From contig CAXXDN010000002.1 of the NCBI GenBank assembly GCA_963667465.2, forward strand, positions 672,001 to 736,000: a stretch of DNA of 64,000 bases, given 5' to 3'. Below, piece by piece: positions 20,139 through 28,800 of this stretch. The first letter of the stretch is position 1, and every line of letters starts with the position of its first letter. The notes beneath the pieces are model-generated. The model saw nothing but the letters and a program-made list of their open reading frames with translations, was not told where the DNA came from and did not search any database. This DNA comes from Dehalococcoidia bacterium (GTDB lineage Bacteria > Chloroflexota > Dehalococcoidia > UBA2979). Both the position numbers and the translations under genes were made by a program.

Positions 20139-21244
20139 TCGAAGCGATCCGGGTAGAGCAGCCGCGCGATCTGCTCGAGGCCGTCGACGATGCGCGGACC
20201 GGGCCGGCTGGTCAGGTCGCCGTCGACGCCGTGGACGCGTTCGTCAACGCAGGCAGGGATCGCATCCCAGCCGGGGCGCGCGCAGACGGTCTCGAGGCTC
20301 TCGCCCCACTCTGCATCGGCGAGCAGGATCACTAGCGGTGCGGCGTCGATGATCGCCTCCGCGGACAGCTGCGGGTAAGCGGAAGCAGCCCCCGCTGCGA
20401 TGTTCCGCGCCTTCGCGAGCGTCAGCAGCTCACCGACGAAGGTGTCCGTGCCCACGGTGTAGAGGTCCGCCGTCAGCTCGAAGAAGACGAGCGGCCCCTC
20501 CTGGACGTCCTCGAGGGTTGCCGTCAGCGCAGCGATCCGCTCGCGCATCGAGGCGGCCAGCGCGGCGGCCTGCCGCTCGTTGCCGGTGACCTCCCCGAGC
20601 AGCGCGATCGTCCCGAACACGCCCTCGATGTCCTGTGCCGAGTCGAGGAACAGCACGGTCATGCCGAGGCTGCGGAACTGCTCGACCTGCTCTCGCTGCC
20701 GGGTCGCCATCAGTAGCAGATCCGGCTCCAGCGAGAGCGCGCGCTCCGGATCGGGGCTGGAGTAGGCGACCCGGGGCAGCGCCTCCGTCTCGGGTGGGAA
20801 GTCGGAGAATTCGTCGGTCGCGATCACGCGATCGCCGGCCCCGATAGCGAAGAGGATCTCGGTGGCGCCGGGCGAGTAGGAGATGATCCGCTCCGGCGCG
20901 GCGTCGAGCGTGACCGCGGTCCCGGCGGAGTCCTCGACGGTCCGAGGGTAAGCCGCGGCGGTCGGCGTCGGGGTTGGCGTCGCGGTCGGAGTTGGCGTGG
21001 GTGTCGCTACCGGCGTGGGAGCCGGTGTCGGCGGAGCGGGCGTCGGCGTCGCCAGAGCCGTTGGGGCTACGGTGGCGGCTGCGGGCGCCGTTGTCGCCTC
21101 CGGCGTCGCGGTCGTTGCCGGCTCATCGTCGCCATCGCAGGCCGCTACGAGTAGCGCGAGCAGGGCGAGGCCGGCCAGCAGCGCCGGCAGCAGCCGGCGG
21201 CGCCGCGGACGGCAGGGGGTGGTACGAACCAATCGATCCAGCAT
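20135..21244 (-). CDS. btuF: Corrinoid-binding lipoprotein (BtuF-like)
   Basis: Arg-rich N-region, lipobox VAAC, Pro/Thr/Ala linker, YPRTVED, ERIIS.SP..TEILFAIG, RPGPRI; directly downstream of the B12 riboswitch. Confidence 0.88.
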   Translation of the reverse strand: MLDRLVRTTPCRPRRRRLLPALLAGLALLALLVAACDGDDEPATTATPEATTAPAAATVAPTALATPTPAPPTPAPTPVATPTPTPTATPTPTPTAAAYPRTVEDSAGTAVTLDAAPERIISYSPGATEILFAIGAGDRVIATDEFSDFPPETEALPRVAYSSPDPERALSLEPDLLLMATRQREQVEQFRSLGMTVLFLDSAQDIEGVFGTIALLGEVTGNERQAAALAASMRERIAALTATLEDVQEGPLVFFELTADLYTVGTDTFVGELLTLAKARNIAAGAASAYPQLSAEAIIDAAPLVILLADAEWGESLETVCARPGWDAIPACVDERVHGVDGDLTSRPGPRIVDGLEQIARLLYPDRFE

Positions 21245-21289
21245 GAGCGTACGCCTCCCGGCACTTGAGGGGCGTGCGCCGAGCGACGC

Positions 21290-21314
21290 AAGAAACCCCC
21301 TCCGTGCGAGGGGG
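21290..21314 (-). terminator. Leader terminator in the riboswitch expression platform
   Basis: Minus strand CCCCCTC-GCACG-GAGGGGG followed by TTTCTT. Confidence 0.6.
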
Positions 21315-21379
21315 CAGGCAATGTGACGATGCTACAGCGGGAGGCGCCCGTCGGCGGGCGGTGCGTGCAGCATGCCGAC

Positions 21380-21514
<135 letters not shown>

Positions 21515-21637
21515 CACGCACGCTAGCACAGCGCCGCTGTGTTGGCGATCCGCCGCTGGCTTGTCAATCAATCAGCAAGAAACTGTAGACTGGCGACTCG
21601 GTATCAGTGGCAATCAGCCGAGCTGAGGAGGTTCGAG

Positions 21638-22036
21638 ATGGTGAAGCGCCTGGCAGGGTTGTACCTCGCAATCATCGGGGCTGCGGTGGCGGTGCACTTC
21701 GTGCTCGACCCGCTGATCTACGAGTGGGACGAGGGCACGCCGATCGTCTGGATCGTGCTCGACTGGCTGATGGCGTTCGGCCTCGCGATCGCGCTGTGGG
21801 TGACGTTCAAGGCGAAACGCGCCGCCGATGCGGGTTCGGACTTGCGTGAGTACCTCGTAGCGAACGTGCAGCTCTACGTCGCGGCGGCGCTGGCGCTGCT
21901 TCTCGCCTGGAACGGCGTGCAGATCGGCTGGGCTGCCGGCGATCAGACGCCGGACTCGCAGGTCTGGGTGCTCATCGACGTCGTCCTGCCACTGCTCTTC
22001 GTCACGCTCGGCCTGCCACTCTGGAACGACGAGTAG
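21638..22036 (+). CDS. Hypothetical 4-TM membrane protein, paralog 1
   Basis: GAGGAGG SD, four hydrophobic segments, clear paralog immediately downstream. Confidence 0.85.
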   Translation: MVKRLAGLYLAIIGAAVAVHFVLDPLIYEWDEGTPIVWIVLDWLMAFGLAIALWVTFKAKRAADAGSDLREYLVANVQLYVAAALALLLAWNGVQIGWAAGDQTPDSQVWVLIDVVLPLLFVTLGLPLWNDE

Positions 22037-22102
22037 GCGGTTCGGCCAGGCCGCCCGGAGCCGCGGGCTTACGAGGCAAGCAGGAACGTAGGGTAGTACG
22101 AG

Positions 22103-22522
22103 ATGGAACTTGCGAAGCGTCTGGCGGGGGCCTACCTCGCGATCTTGGGAGCGGCCGTGGCCGTCCTCATGGTGATTGACCCGCTGATCTTCGAGCACGC
22201 GCCGGGGGACGACAATATCCCCGCCTGGACCGTGCTCAACTGGCTGATGGCGGTCGGTCTCCCGATCGCGCTGCTCGTCACCTTCGGGGCGAAGCGCGCT
22301 GCCGACGCCGGTTCGGACCTGCGCGAGTACCTCACGGCGAACCTGAAGTTCTATGCCGCGGCGGCGGTGGCGCTGCTCTTCTACTGGAACGCCGTGCAGA
22401 TCGAATGGGCCGCCGGCGACCAGTCACCCGACGGACAGGTCTGGACATTTGTCGGCGTCGTGCTGTCGCTGCTCTTCGTCACGCTGGGTGTGCGCCTCTG
22501 GAGTGGCGCCGGGACGGCCTGA
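22103..22522 (+). CDS. Hypothetical 4-TM membrane protein, paralog 2
   Basis: Shares KRLAG.YLAI.GAAVAV, DPLI, WLMA.GL, AKRAADAGSDLREYL, WAAGDQ.PD.QVW with paralog 1. Confidence 0.85.
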   Translation: MELAKRLAGAYLAILGAAVAVLMVIDPLIFEHAPGDDNIPAWTVLNWLMAVGLPIALLVTFGAKRAADAGSDLREYLTANLKFYAAAAVALLFYWNAVQIEWAAGDQSPDGQVWTFVGVVLSLLFVTLGVRLWSGAGTA

Positions 22523-22612
22523 TCGCGGCGTCCGGAGGGCGCGCCGCGCGAAACGGCAAGAGAGGCGCCGCCAGGGCGCCCCTCTGCAATGGCAGCCCGA
22601 GGGGATGACTGC

Positions 22613-23350
22613 CTACGCGGACCCGCCCGTGGCGATGCCCGTCGTATCCTTCTTGCCGCCGCCGTCGTAACCGTCGTGGCCGCGGGAGCCGCCGTCGCCG
22701 TCGCCGCAGCCGCGCCTGCCATGCCAACCGCGCTTGTGGCCCCGGCCGAAGCCCTTGCCAGCGTCGCGCAGCAGCGTTGCCTGCTCAGCCGTGATGTCGC
22801 CTGCTTCCTCGGCGGCGTCGATCGCCGCGTCCCGCGCGTCGACCAGCGCGGCCGCGAGGGCGACGCGGTTCACGCCGGCCAGCAGGTCGCGCAGCGTGCC
22901 GTCCTCCTTCGCCGCCTCGACCTCCTCCGAGGTCTTGCCCAGCAGCGAGGCGTAGACGGCGATCACGTCCACCTCAATCACGCCGCGCAGGCTTTTCAGC
23001 GTCTCGCGGTCGCTCTCGTCCAGCACGTCGCGGTCCGCCGAGACGAGCTCCTCGAGCCGCTCGGCCTGCTCCGAGGTGATCTCGCCGCCCGCGGAGGCGG
23101 CGTCGATCGCCTCGCCGGCGACGCTCTCGTAGGCGTCCTTCAGATCGTCCCTCGACACGTCGTCGAGCAGATCCTTCAGCGTGCCGTCGTCCTTCGCGGT
23201 CTCGACCTCCTCGGCGCTGATGCCGAGCGCCTCCGCGAGCACGTCGACGCGGTCGACGATCCCGCCGGGGTGCGCCATCGCGCTGCCGATGAGCAGCAGG
23301 GCGGCGGCTCCCCCGGCGAGCGTGGCGAGGATGGTCTTCGTTCGTCTCAT
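22613..23350 (-). CDS. Secreted acidic helical protein with internal duplication
   Basis: Signal peptide ending AMA; two repeats LG.S/T.EEVE.AK.DGTL.DLL..V.R...AIDAA...G.IT.EQA; Gly/His/Arg tail. Confidence 0.8.
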   Translation of the reverse strand: MRRTKTILATLAGGAAALLLIGSAMAHPGGIVDRVDVLAEALGISAEEVETAKDDGTLKDLLDDVSRDDLKDAYESVAGEAIDAASAGGEITSEQAERLEELVSADRDVLDESDRETLKSLRGVIEVDVIAVYASLLGKTSEEVEAAKEDGTLRDLLAGVNRVALAAALVDARDAAIDAAEEAGDITAEQATLLRDAGKGFGRGHKRGWHGRRGCGDGDGGSRGHDGYDGGGKKDTTGIATGGSA

Positions 23351-23400
23351 TCTGCGATCCTCCCGTTCCGAGGAGCCTGCGGCTCCAGGGGCATGCGGGA

Positions 23401-23434
23401 AGGCTAGCGAGCAGCGCGTAAGGTCTCCGTAAGC
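23401..23434 (-). promoter_or_regulatory. OmpR-type direct repeat plus -10 for the secreted protein gene
   Basis: Minus GCTTACGGAGACCTTACG (TTA repeated at 11 bp), 12 nt, TAGCCT. Confidence 0.65.
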
Positions 23435-23482
23435 CCTCTGTTGACTTTCTGATCGATCGGGGCTCCTCGATGGCGGTCGGCG

Positions 23483-24739
23483 CTACTCGTTGCGGAGCGC
23501 GGCGATCGGATCGACGGTGGTGGCGCGGTAGGCCGGGTAGCTGCCGCTCGCGAAGCCCACGCCGGCCGCTACCAGGAACGCCATCGCGATGCTCCAGGGC
23601 TGGATCAGCGTCGTCATCTCCTGGCCGCCCAGCTCGCGCCCGTCGACGGCGAGCGAGGCGCCGATGCCGATTACGATCCCGACGAGGCCGCCGAAGAGGC
23701 TGAGCGTCAGCGCCTCGGTCACGAACTGTTTCACGATGTCGCCTGCCGTCGCGCCCACGGCGCGGCGAATGCCGATCTCGCGCGTCCGCTCGGTGACCGA
23801 GACGAGCATGATGTTCATCACCCCGATCCCGCCGACCAGCAGCGAGATGCCGGCGATGCTCCCGAGCAGGATCGAGAGCGTGTTGCTGACCTCGGTGGCG
23901 GCGCTGATCAGATCGTCCTGGCTCTGGATCACGAAGTCCGGCTCGGGCGTTTCGTGGAGGAAGAGCAGCAGCTCGCTGACCTCGTCCTTGACGCGTTGCT
24001 CGTCGGCGCCGCCGGCAGTCTGGATGTCGATCTGCGTGACGCGCAGGTCGCCGGTGGGGGTGTAGAGGAAGCGCAGGCGGCCGGCGACGCCACTCAACGG
24101 GACGAAGACCTGGTCGTTGGCCTCGCTCGCGCCTCCCTGCTCCTCGAGCACGCCGACCACGCTGAAGGGGAGCGTGATCCGCCCGCCCGCGAAAGAGAGG
24201 CGCACCTCCTGCCCGACGGGATCGAGGCCCGGGTAGAGCGTGTCCGCAACGCGCGCCCCCAGCGCGGCGACCAGCGAGCCGTCCTCGTCGTGCAGCGCGG
24301 TAATGAAGGTGCCCGAGCGAATCCCGAGATCGCGAACCTCGGCGTACGTGCTCGAGGTACCGACGATCTCCACGCCGATGTTGTTTGCGCCGGCGATCGC
24401 CTGGGCATCGACGGCCACGCGCGCGCTCACGGCGGTGATGCCGGGGATGAGGTCGTCGGCGATGGCCGTCGCGTCGCCCCGGACCAGCGTGGACTGCGCG
24501 AGCCCGCCGAGCCCGCCGGTCTGCGAGGTGGTAGCCGCCGCGCTCGACTCGATGAAGATCAGGTCGGTGCCAAGCCCTCGAATCTGGTCGGTGACCCCTC
24601 GTTGAGTGCCCTGTCCGACTGCGATCAGCACGATCACGGAGCTGACGCCGATCACGAGGCCCAGCGATGTGAGGGCGCTGCGCAGCCGGTTCGCGAAGAT
24701 CGCGCGCAACGCGATGCGGAAGGCATCGAGCGGGCTCAC
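23483..24739 (-). CDS. MacB/FtsX-like ABC permease
   Basis: NRLRSALT.LG..IGV, GGIGVMNIMLVSVTERTREIGIRRAVGA, PIAALRNE; GTG start overlaps ATPase stop. Confidence 0.93.
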   Translation of the reverse strand: MSPLDAFRIALRAIFANRLRSALTSLGLVIGVSSVIVLIAVGQGTQRGVTDQIRGLGTDLIFIESSAAATTSQTGGLGGLAQSTLVRGDATAIADDLIPGITAVSARVAVDAQAIAGANNIGVEIVGTSSTYAEVRDLGIRSGTFITALHDEDGSLVAALGARVADTLYPGLDPVGQEVRLSFAGGRITLPFSVVGVLEEQGGASEANDQVFVPLSGVAGRLRFLYTPTGDLRVTQIDIQTAGGADEQRVKDEVSELLLFLHETPEPDFVIQSQDDLISAATEVSNTLSILLGSIAGISLLVGGIGVMNIMLVSVTERTREIGIRRAVGATAGDIVKQFVTEALTLSLFGGLVGIVIGIGASLAVDGRELGGQEMTTLIQPWSIAMAFLVAAGVGFASGSYPAYRATTVDPIAALRNE

Positions 24740-25443
24740 GGCGCGGGCCCGTCCGCTGTGGCGGCCGCGACCGGGGCGCCACTGTCCTCGATGATCCGCC
24801 CGTCCCGCATACGCACGGTCCGGTTGGCGTAGGCGGCGACCTCCGGCTCGTGGGTCACGAGCACGACCGTCAGCCCCTGCTGATCGACCAGCTCGCTGAG
24901 CAGCGCCATCAGCTCGTTCCCGGTCGCCGTGTCGAGGGCGCCCGTCGGCTCGTCGGCGAGCAGCACGAGCGGGTTCACGACCAGCGATCGCGCGATCGCT
25001 ACGCGCTGCTGCTCGCCGCCGGACAGCTCGGTGGGCAGGTGCGTGATGCGATCCTGCAGGCCCACGCGCACGAGCGCCTCGGCGGCGCGCCGCTTGCGGT
25101 CGGGAGCGCCCTGGTAGATCAGCGGCAGCTCGACCTGCTCGAGGGCGGTCATGCGCGCCAGCAGGTTGTAAGACTGGAAGACGAAGCCGAAGGCGCTGCC
25201 GCGCAGGCGCGCGCGGGCGTCCTCGGAGAGCTGCGCGACATCGCGTCCCCCGAAGGCGTACTCGCCGCTGCTCGGGCGGTCGAGCAGGCCGACGATGTTC
25301 ATCAGCGTGCTCTTGCCGGAGCCGGACTGCCCCATGATCGCGACGAACTCGCCGCGACCGATCTCGAGGCGCACGCCCGCGAGGGCGTGCACCGCCGTGT
25401 CGCCGGTGGCGTAGACGCGGGCCAGGTCGTGCAGCCGAATCAC
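24736..25443 (-). CDS. MacB/LolD-like ABC ATPase
   Basis: GQSGSGKST, LSGGEQQRVAIAR, LADEPTGALD, VTHE. Confidence 0.94.
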   Translation of the reverse strand: MIRLHDLARVYATGDTAVHALAGVRLEIGRGEFVAIMGQSGSGKSTLMNIVGLLDRPSSGEYAFGGRDVAQLSEDARARLRGSAFGFVFQSYNLLARMTALEQVELPLIYQGAPDRKRRAAEALVRVGLQDRITHLPTELSGGEQQRVAIARSLVVNPLVLLADEPTGALDTATGNELMALLSELVDQQGLTVVLVTHEPEVAAYANRTVRMRDGRIIEDSGAPVAAATADGPAP

Positions 25444-27980
25444 TGACGGCCTCCACCGCCTCCCGCGCCGCCTCCGAAGAAGCCGCCGGGGCCGAATGCG
25501 GGGAGCTGCTGCTGCGGCTGCCGCTGCGTCGCGCTGAACGCGATGCCTGCGTTGTCGGCGCCGATCAGCAGGGCGGCGCCAGCCTCCAGGCCGCTCGTGA
25601 TCTCGACGTTGGTGCCGTCGGACTCGCCGACCTCGACGGTCACGCGCTCGAAGGCGAGGGCGTCCGGGTCGTCGCCTGGTGCAGGCGCCGGGACGGTGAC
25701 GAACCAGGCGCCGTCGAGCTGGCGCACGGCGGCGACCGGGACGAGCACCGAGGGTTCGCGCAGCTCGGTGAGGATCGTGACGCTGGCGCTCATGCCCGGG
25801 GCGGGAAGCGGCCGGCCGGCGAGCGCTCCCTGCCCGGCTGCGCCTTCCTCGCCGCCCGCACGCTGCTGGCCTCCCCCGCCGAGGACGCCGGCGGCGAGCC
25901 GCTCGAGGAGCTGGGGCGGGATCTCGAAGCCCTCGGGCAGGGTCACGCCCTCGGGCAGCGGCTCGCCGTTGGCGAGCGCCTGCAGCACGTCGCGGATGGT
26001 GACGCCCTCCGGCAGTTCGATCTGGGCGAGCAGCCCGCCGGCCCGGCCGCCGGCGGCTCCGGCGCCAGCACCGCCGTCCGCTCCAGCGCCACCGCCCGCG
26101 GCCCCGGCGCCCGTGCCGCCGCCCGCGCCTCCGAATGCGCCACCGGCTCCCACGGCGCCGAGGATCGCCGCGAGACCCCCGCTCTGGTCGCCGAGGACGG
26201 CGATCTCGCTCGCGGCCTGGGCGAGCTCCGCCCCGGCGAGCAGGCGCGCCTGCACGTCGTAGGTCACCACCCCCTGCGCGGCGTTCGGGAGGCGGCTGAT
26301 CGAGGCGATGCGCACCGGGTACTCGACGTCCTCGATGGCGTCGAACGAGGCGAGACCGACCTGGCCGACCTCGAGTGCGAGCAGGTCCGCCTCGGTGACC
26401 GTGAGCGCGATCAGCATGCGGTCGGCTGTGCTGAGGGAGAACGCGGTGAAGTTCGCCGCCACGCGATCGCCGGGCTGGACGTTCACGGCCTCGACGACGC
26501 CGTCGAAGGGCGCCAGCACCGTCAGCTCCGCAAGCGCGGTGCGCGCCTCCTCGAGCGAGATCTCGGAGAGCCGCACGCTCTGCTCCTGCTGTGCAATCGC
26601 GTTCGCGGTCGCGCCCGCGTTCAACTCGTCGTAGCGCGCCTGCGCGCTGGCCAGGCTGGCGCGCGCGCTCTCGAGCGAGGACCGCGCCTGCTCGATCGCG
26701 CCCTCGTCGGCCGGCGCGCGCAGCTCCTCGAGGCGGGCGACGGCGGCGGCGTGATTCGCGCGCGCCGCTTCCACGGCCTGTTCCGCCTGGTACACATCGC
26801 CCGCGGCGGGGTCCGCCCGCAGGTCCTCGAGGCGGGCGACTGCCGCGGCGTGGTTCGCCCGCGCCGCCTCGAGGGACTGCTGCGCCTGGTAGCGGTCCTC
26901 AGCCGGGACGGGCGCGAGCAGGTCGGCAAGCCGCTCCTCCGCCGAGGAGAGCGCCGTGACCGCCGACTGCCTGGTGGCGTCGTTGCTGATGAACGTGACG
27001 TTGGCGTTGATCAGCGCGTTCGCGGCGCGCTGATAGTTGTTCGACCGGTCCTCGAAGGAGTCGCGGAGCGTGGCGATCTGCCCGTCGGAGAGCGGCAACG
27101 TCGCGGCGCAGGTCGTTTCGGTCACGTCGGGAAGGTGGTCGTAGCTCTCGCAGTACGCCTCGAACGCGTCTTTGAGGGCGTGCCACCCGTCGTCCGCGCG
27201 GGTGATCGCAGCGGAGAGCTGGGCCTGCGCCTGCGTCACCGCCGATCGCGCGGAGGCGACCTCGGTCTCGCTCGGGTCGGCGATCAGCGAGGCCAGCGCC
27301 TCCTCGGCGCTCGAGCGCTGCCCGAGGGCGTTTGCGACGGATTGCTCCGCGCTCGCCAGCGCGCTCGCGTCCGGCGGGTCGGAGAGCCGCGCCAACGCCT
27401 GCTCGGCGCTCGAGCGCTGCCCGAGGGCGTTCGCGACGGATTGCTCCGCGCTCGCCAGCGCGCTCGCGTCCGGCGGGTCGGAGAGCCGCGCCAACGCCTG
27501 CTCGGCGTTGACGACCTGCGCCTCGGACGACTCGATCGATTGCCTCGCGGACGCGATGGCGGACGCGTCCGGATCGGCCTCGAGGGCGTCGAGGCGCAAC
27601 TGCGCGAGGCGCAACTGCACCTCGGCAGTCTCGACCCGCCGCCGCGCGGCGGTGTCATCGAGGGCCGCGAGCGCGTCGCCCGCGCGCACCGTGTCGCCGC
27701 TCTGCACGGTGACGGAGGCGATGATGCCGGCGGCGCCGAAGCTGAGCTCGGTGCTGCGTTCCGCCTCGGCCGAGCCGGAGAGATCGACCGTGGTGCTCAG
27801 CTGGCCCTCCAGGGCTTCGGCGCGCTGCGGCTCGGCGACCACCGCGGTCTCGTCGGGCTGGAGCAGCACGAACGCGGCCGCCACCGCCGCCGCCGCGATC
27901 GCAAGCGCGGCCGCCAGGACGGCCCAGCGCCTGCGTGACCGGCGGCCGCGGATCAGCAGGTCGATGTCAACATCGCTCAT
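25440..27980 (-). CDS. Very long MacA/HlyD-like membrane fusion (adaptor) protein
   Basis: N-terminal TM, split lipoyl halves (V.V.SGD.VRAGD.LA and APFDGVV..VNV.PGD.V), PGMSASV.I, VPV.AV, VEI.SGL; long coiled coil between lipoyl halves. Confidence 0.88.
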   Translation of the reverse strand: MSDVDIDLLIRGRRSRRRWAVLAAALAIAAAAVAAAFVLLQPDETAVVAEPQRAEALEGQLSTTVDLSGSAEAERSTELSFGAAGIIASVTVQSGDTVRAGDALAALDDTAARRRVETAEVQLRLAQLRLDALEADPDASAIASARQSIESSEAQVVNAEQALARLSDPPDASALASAEQSVANALGQRSSAEQALARLSDPPDASALASAEQSVANALGQRSSAEEALASLIADPSETEVASARSAVTQAQAQLSAAITRADDGWHALKDAFEAYCESYDHLPDVTETTCAATLPLSDGQIATLRDSFEDRSNNYQRAANALINANVTFISNDATRQSAVTALSSAEERLADLLAPVPAEDRYQAQQSLEAARANHAAAVARLEDLRADPAAGDVYQAEQAVEAARANHAAAVARLEELRAPADEGAIEQARSSLESARASLASAQARYDELNAGATANAIAQQEQSVRLSEISLEEARTALAELTVLAPFDGVVEAVNVQPGDRVAANFTAFSLSTADRMLIALTVTEADLLALEVGQVGLASFDAIEDVEYPVRIASISRLPNAAQGVVTYDVQARLLAGAELAQAASEIAVLGDQSGGLAAILGAVGAGGAFGGAGGGTGAGAAGGGAGADGGAGAGAAGGRAGGLLAQIELPEGVTIRDVLQALANGEPLPEGVTLPEGFEIPPQLLERLAAGVLGGGGQQRAGGEEGAAGQGALAGRPLPAPGMSASVTILTELREPSVLVPVAAVRQLDGAWFVTVPAPAPGDDPDALAFERVTVEVGESDGTNVEITSGLEAGAALLIGADNAGIAFSATQRQPQQQLPAFGPGGFFGGGAGGGGGRQ
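27303..27507. repeat. Intragenic 99-bp tandem duplication (33 aa)
   Basis: 27303-27401 and 27402-27500 differ at one position by my reading; encodes LARLSDPPDASALASAEQSVANALGQRSSAE(Q/E)A twice. Confidence 0.93.
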
Positions 27981-28027
27981 CGTCGTCTCTCACATCCCGA
28001 TCTCAGAAGCTGCATTGGACCGGCGCA

Positions 28028-28109
28028 ACACTGCACTGCCGGGGATAACGCCTTCGTAACCTCGCCGGCCGTGCGGGTTACGCTTGCGTTAGGGTCGGAG
28101 GGGTAGCCT
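28028..28109. promoter_or_regulatory. Back-to-back OmpR-type boxes for divergent exporter and RR/HK promoters
   Basis: Minus GGTTACGAAGGCGTTATC (28061-28044) and plus GGTTACGCTTGCGTTAGG (28076-28093); each followed after 12 nt by a -10-like hexamer (CAGTGT; TAGCCT). Confidence 0.7.
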
Positions 28110-28143
28110 GCGCGAAGCCCGGCGGGCTGGAGGAGTAACCCCT

Positions 28144-28800
28144 ATGCGCGTGCTGCTGGTGGAGGACGAGCGCGACCTCGCGAACGCGATCGCGAGGGGT
28201 CTGCGGCGCGACGGTCTCGCCGTCGATGTCGCCTTCGACGGCGCCTCGGCCCTCGAGAAGGCGACGGTCCACCCCTACGACGTCGTCGTGCTCGATCGCG
28301 ACCTCCCCCGCGTCCACGGCGACGATGTCTGCCGCGAGCTGGTCGCCGCCGAGGGCGACTGCCGCATCCTCATGCTCACCGCCGCTGCCGCCGTGCATGA
28401 CCGCATCGAAGGTCTCGACATCGGTGCGGACGACTACCTCTCCAAGCCGTTCGACTTCGGCGAGCTGCGTGCGCGCATCCGCGCGCTGGGGCGGCGATCG
28501 CACCGGGCGGCGCAGCCGCTGCTTGAGCGCGGCGGCGTGGTCCTCGATGCCGCGCGGCGCAGCGCCACGCGGGACGGGCGCGCGCTCGGCCTCACGCGCA
28601 AGGAGTTCGCGGTGCTGCAGGTGCTGCTCGAGGCGGAGGGCGCCGTCGTCAGCCCCGAGGAGCTGCTGGACCGCGCCTGGGACGAGCACACCGATCCCTT
28701 CACCAACGTCGTGCGCGTGACGATCATGAAGCTGCGCAAGAGCCTCGGAGAGCCCCCGCTGATCGAGACGCTGCGCGGCGTCGGCTACCGCATCCCCTGA
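28144..28800 (+). CDS. OmpR-family response regulator (CutR/VanR-like)
   Basis: LLVEDE, VLDRDLP, GADDYLSKPF, winged-helix LRKSLG...RGVGY; GGAGGAG SD. Confidence 0.95.
   Translation: MRVLLVEDERDLANAIARGLRRDGLAVDVAFDGASALEKATVHPYDVVVLDRDLPRVHGDDVCRELVAAEGDCRILMLTAAAAVHDRIEGLDIGADDYLSKPFDFGELRARIRALGRRSHRAAQPLLERGGVVLDAARRSATRDGRALGLTRKEFAVLQVLLEAEGAVVSPEELLDRAWDEHTDPFTNVVRVTIMKLRKSLGEPPLIETLRGVGYRIP

Noticed and set aside
20950-21120. Short-period repeats in btuF
   Set aside because: Encode an ordinary Pro/Thr/Ala lipoprotein linker
21562-21567. Perfect TTGACA on the minus strand upstream of the riboswitch
   Set aside because: 36 nt from the candidate -10 (TAGCGT), incompatible with sigma70 spacing
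22067-22076. GCTTACG half-site upstream of membrane paralog 2 as a fourth regulon member
   Set aside because: Only one half-site, and spacing to the -10 differs from the three matched cassettes
27303-27507. Possible CRISPR-like or mobile repeat
   Set aside because: Head-to-tail, in-frame 99-bp coding duplication with no spacers and no cas genes
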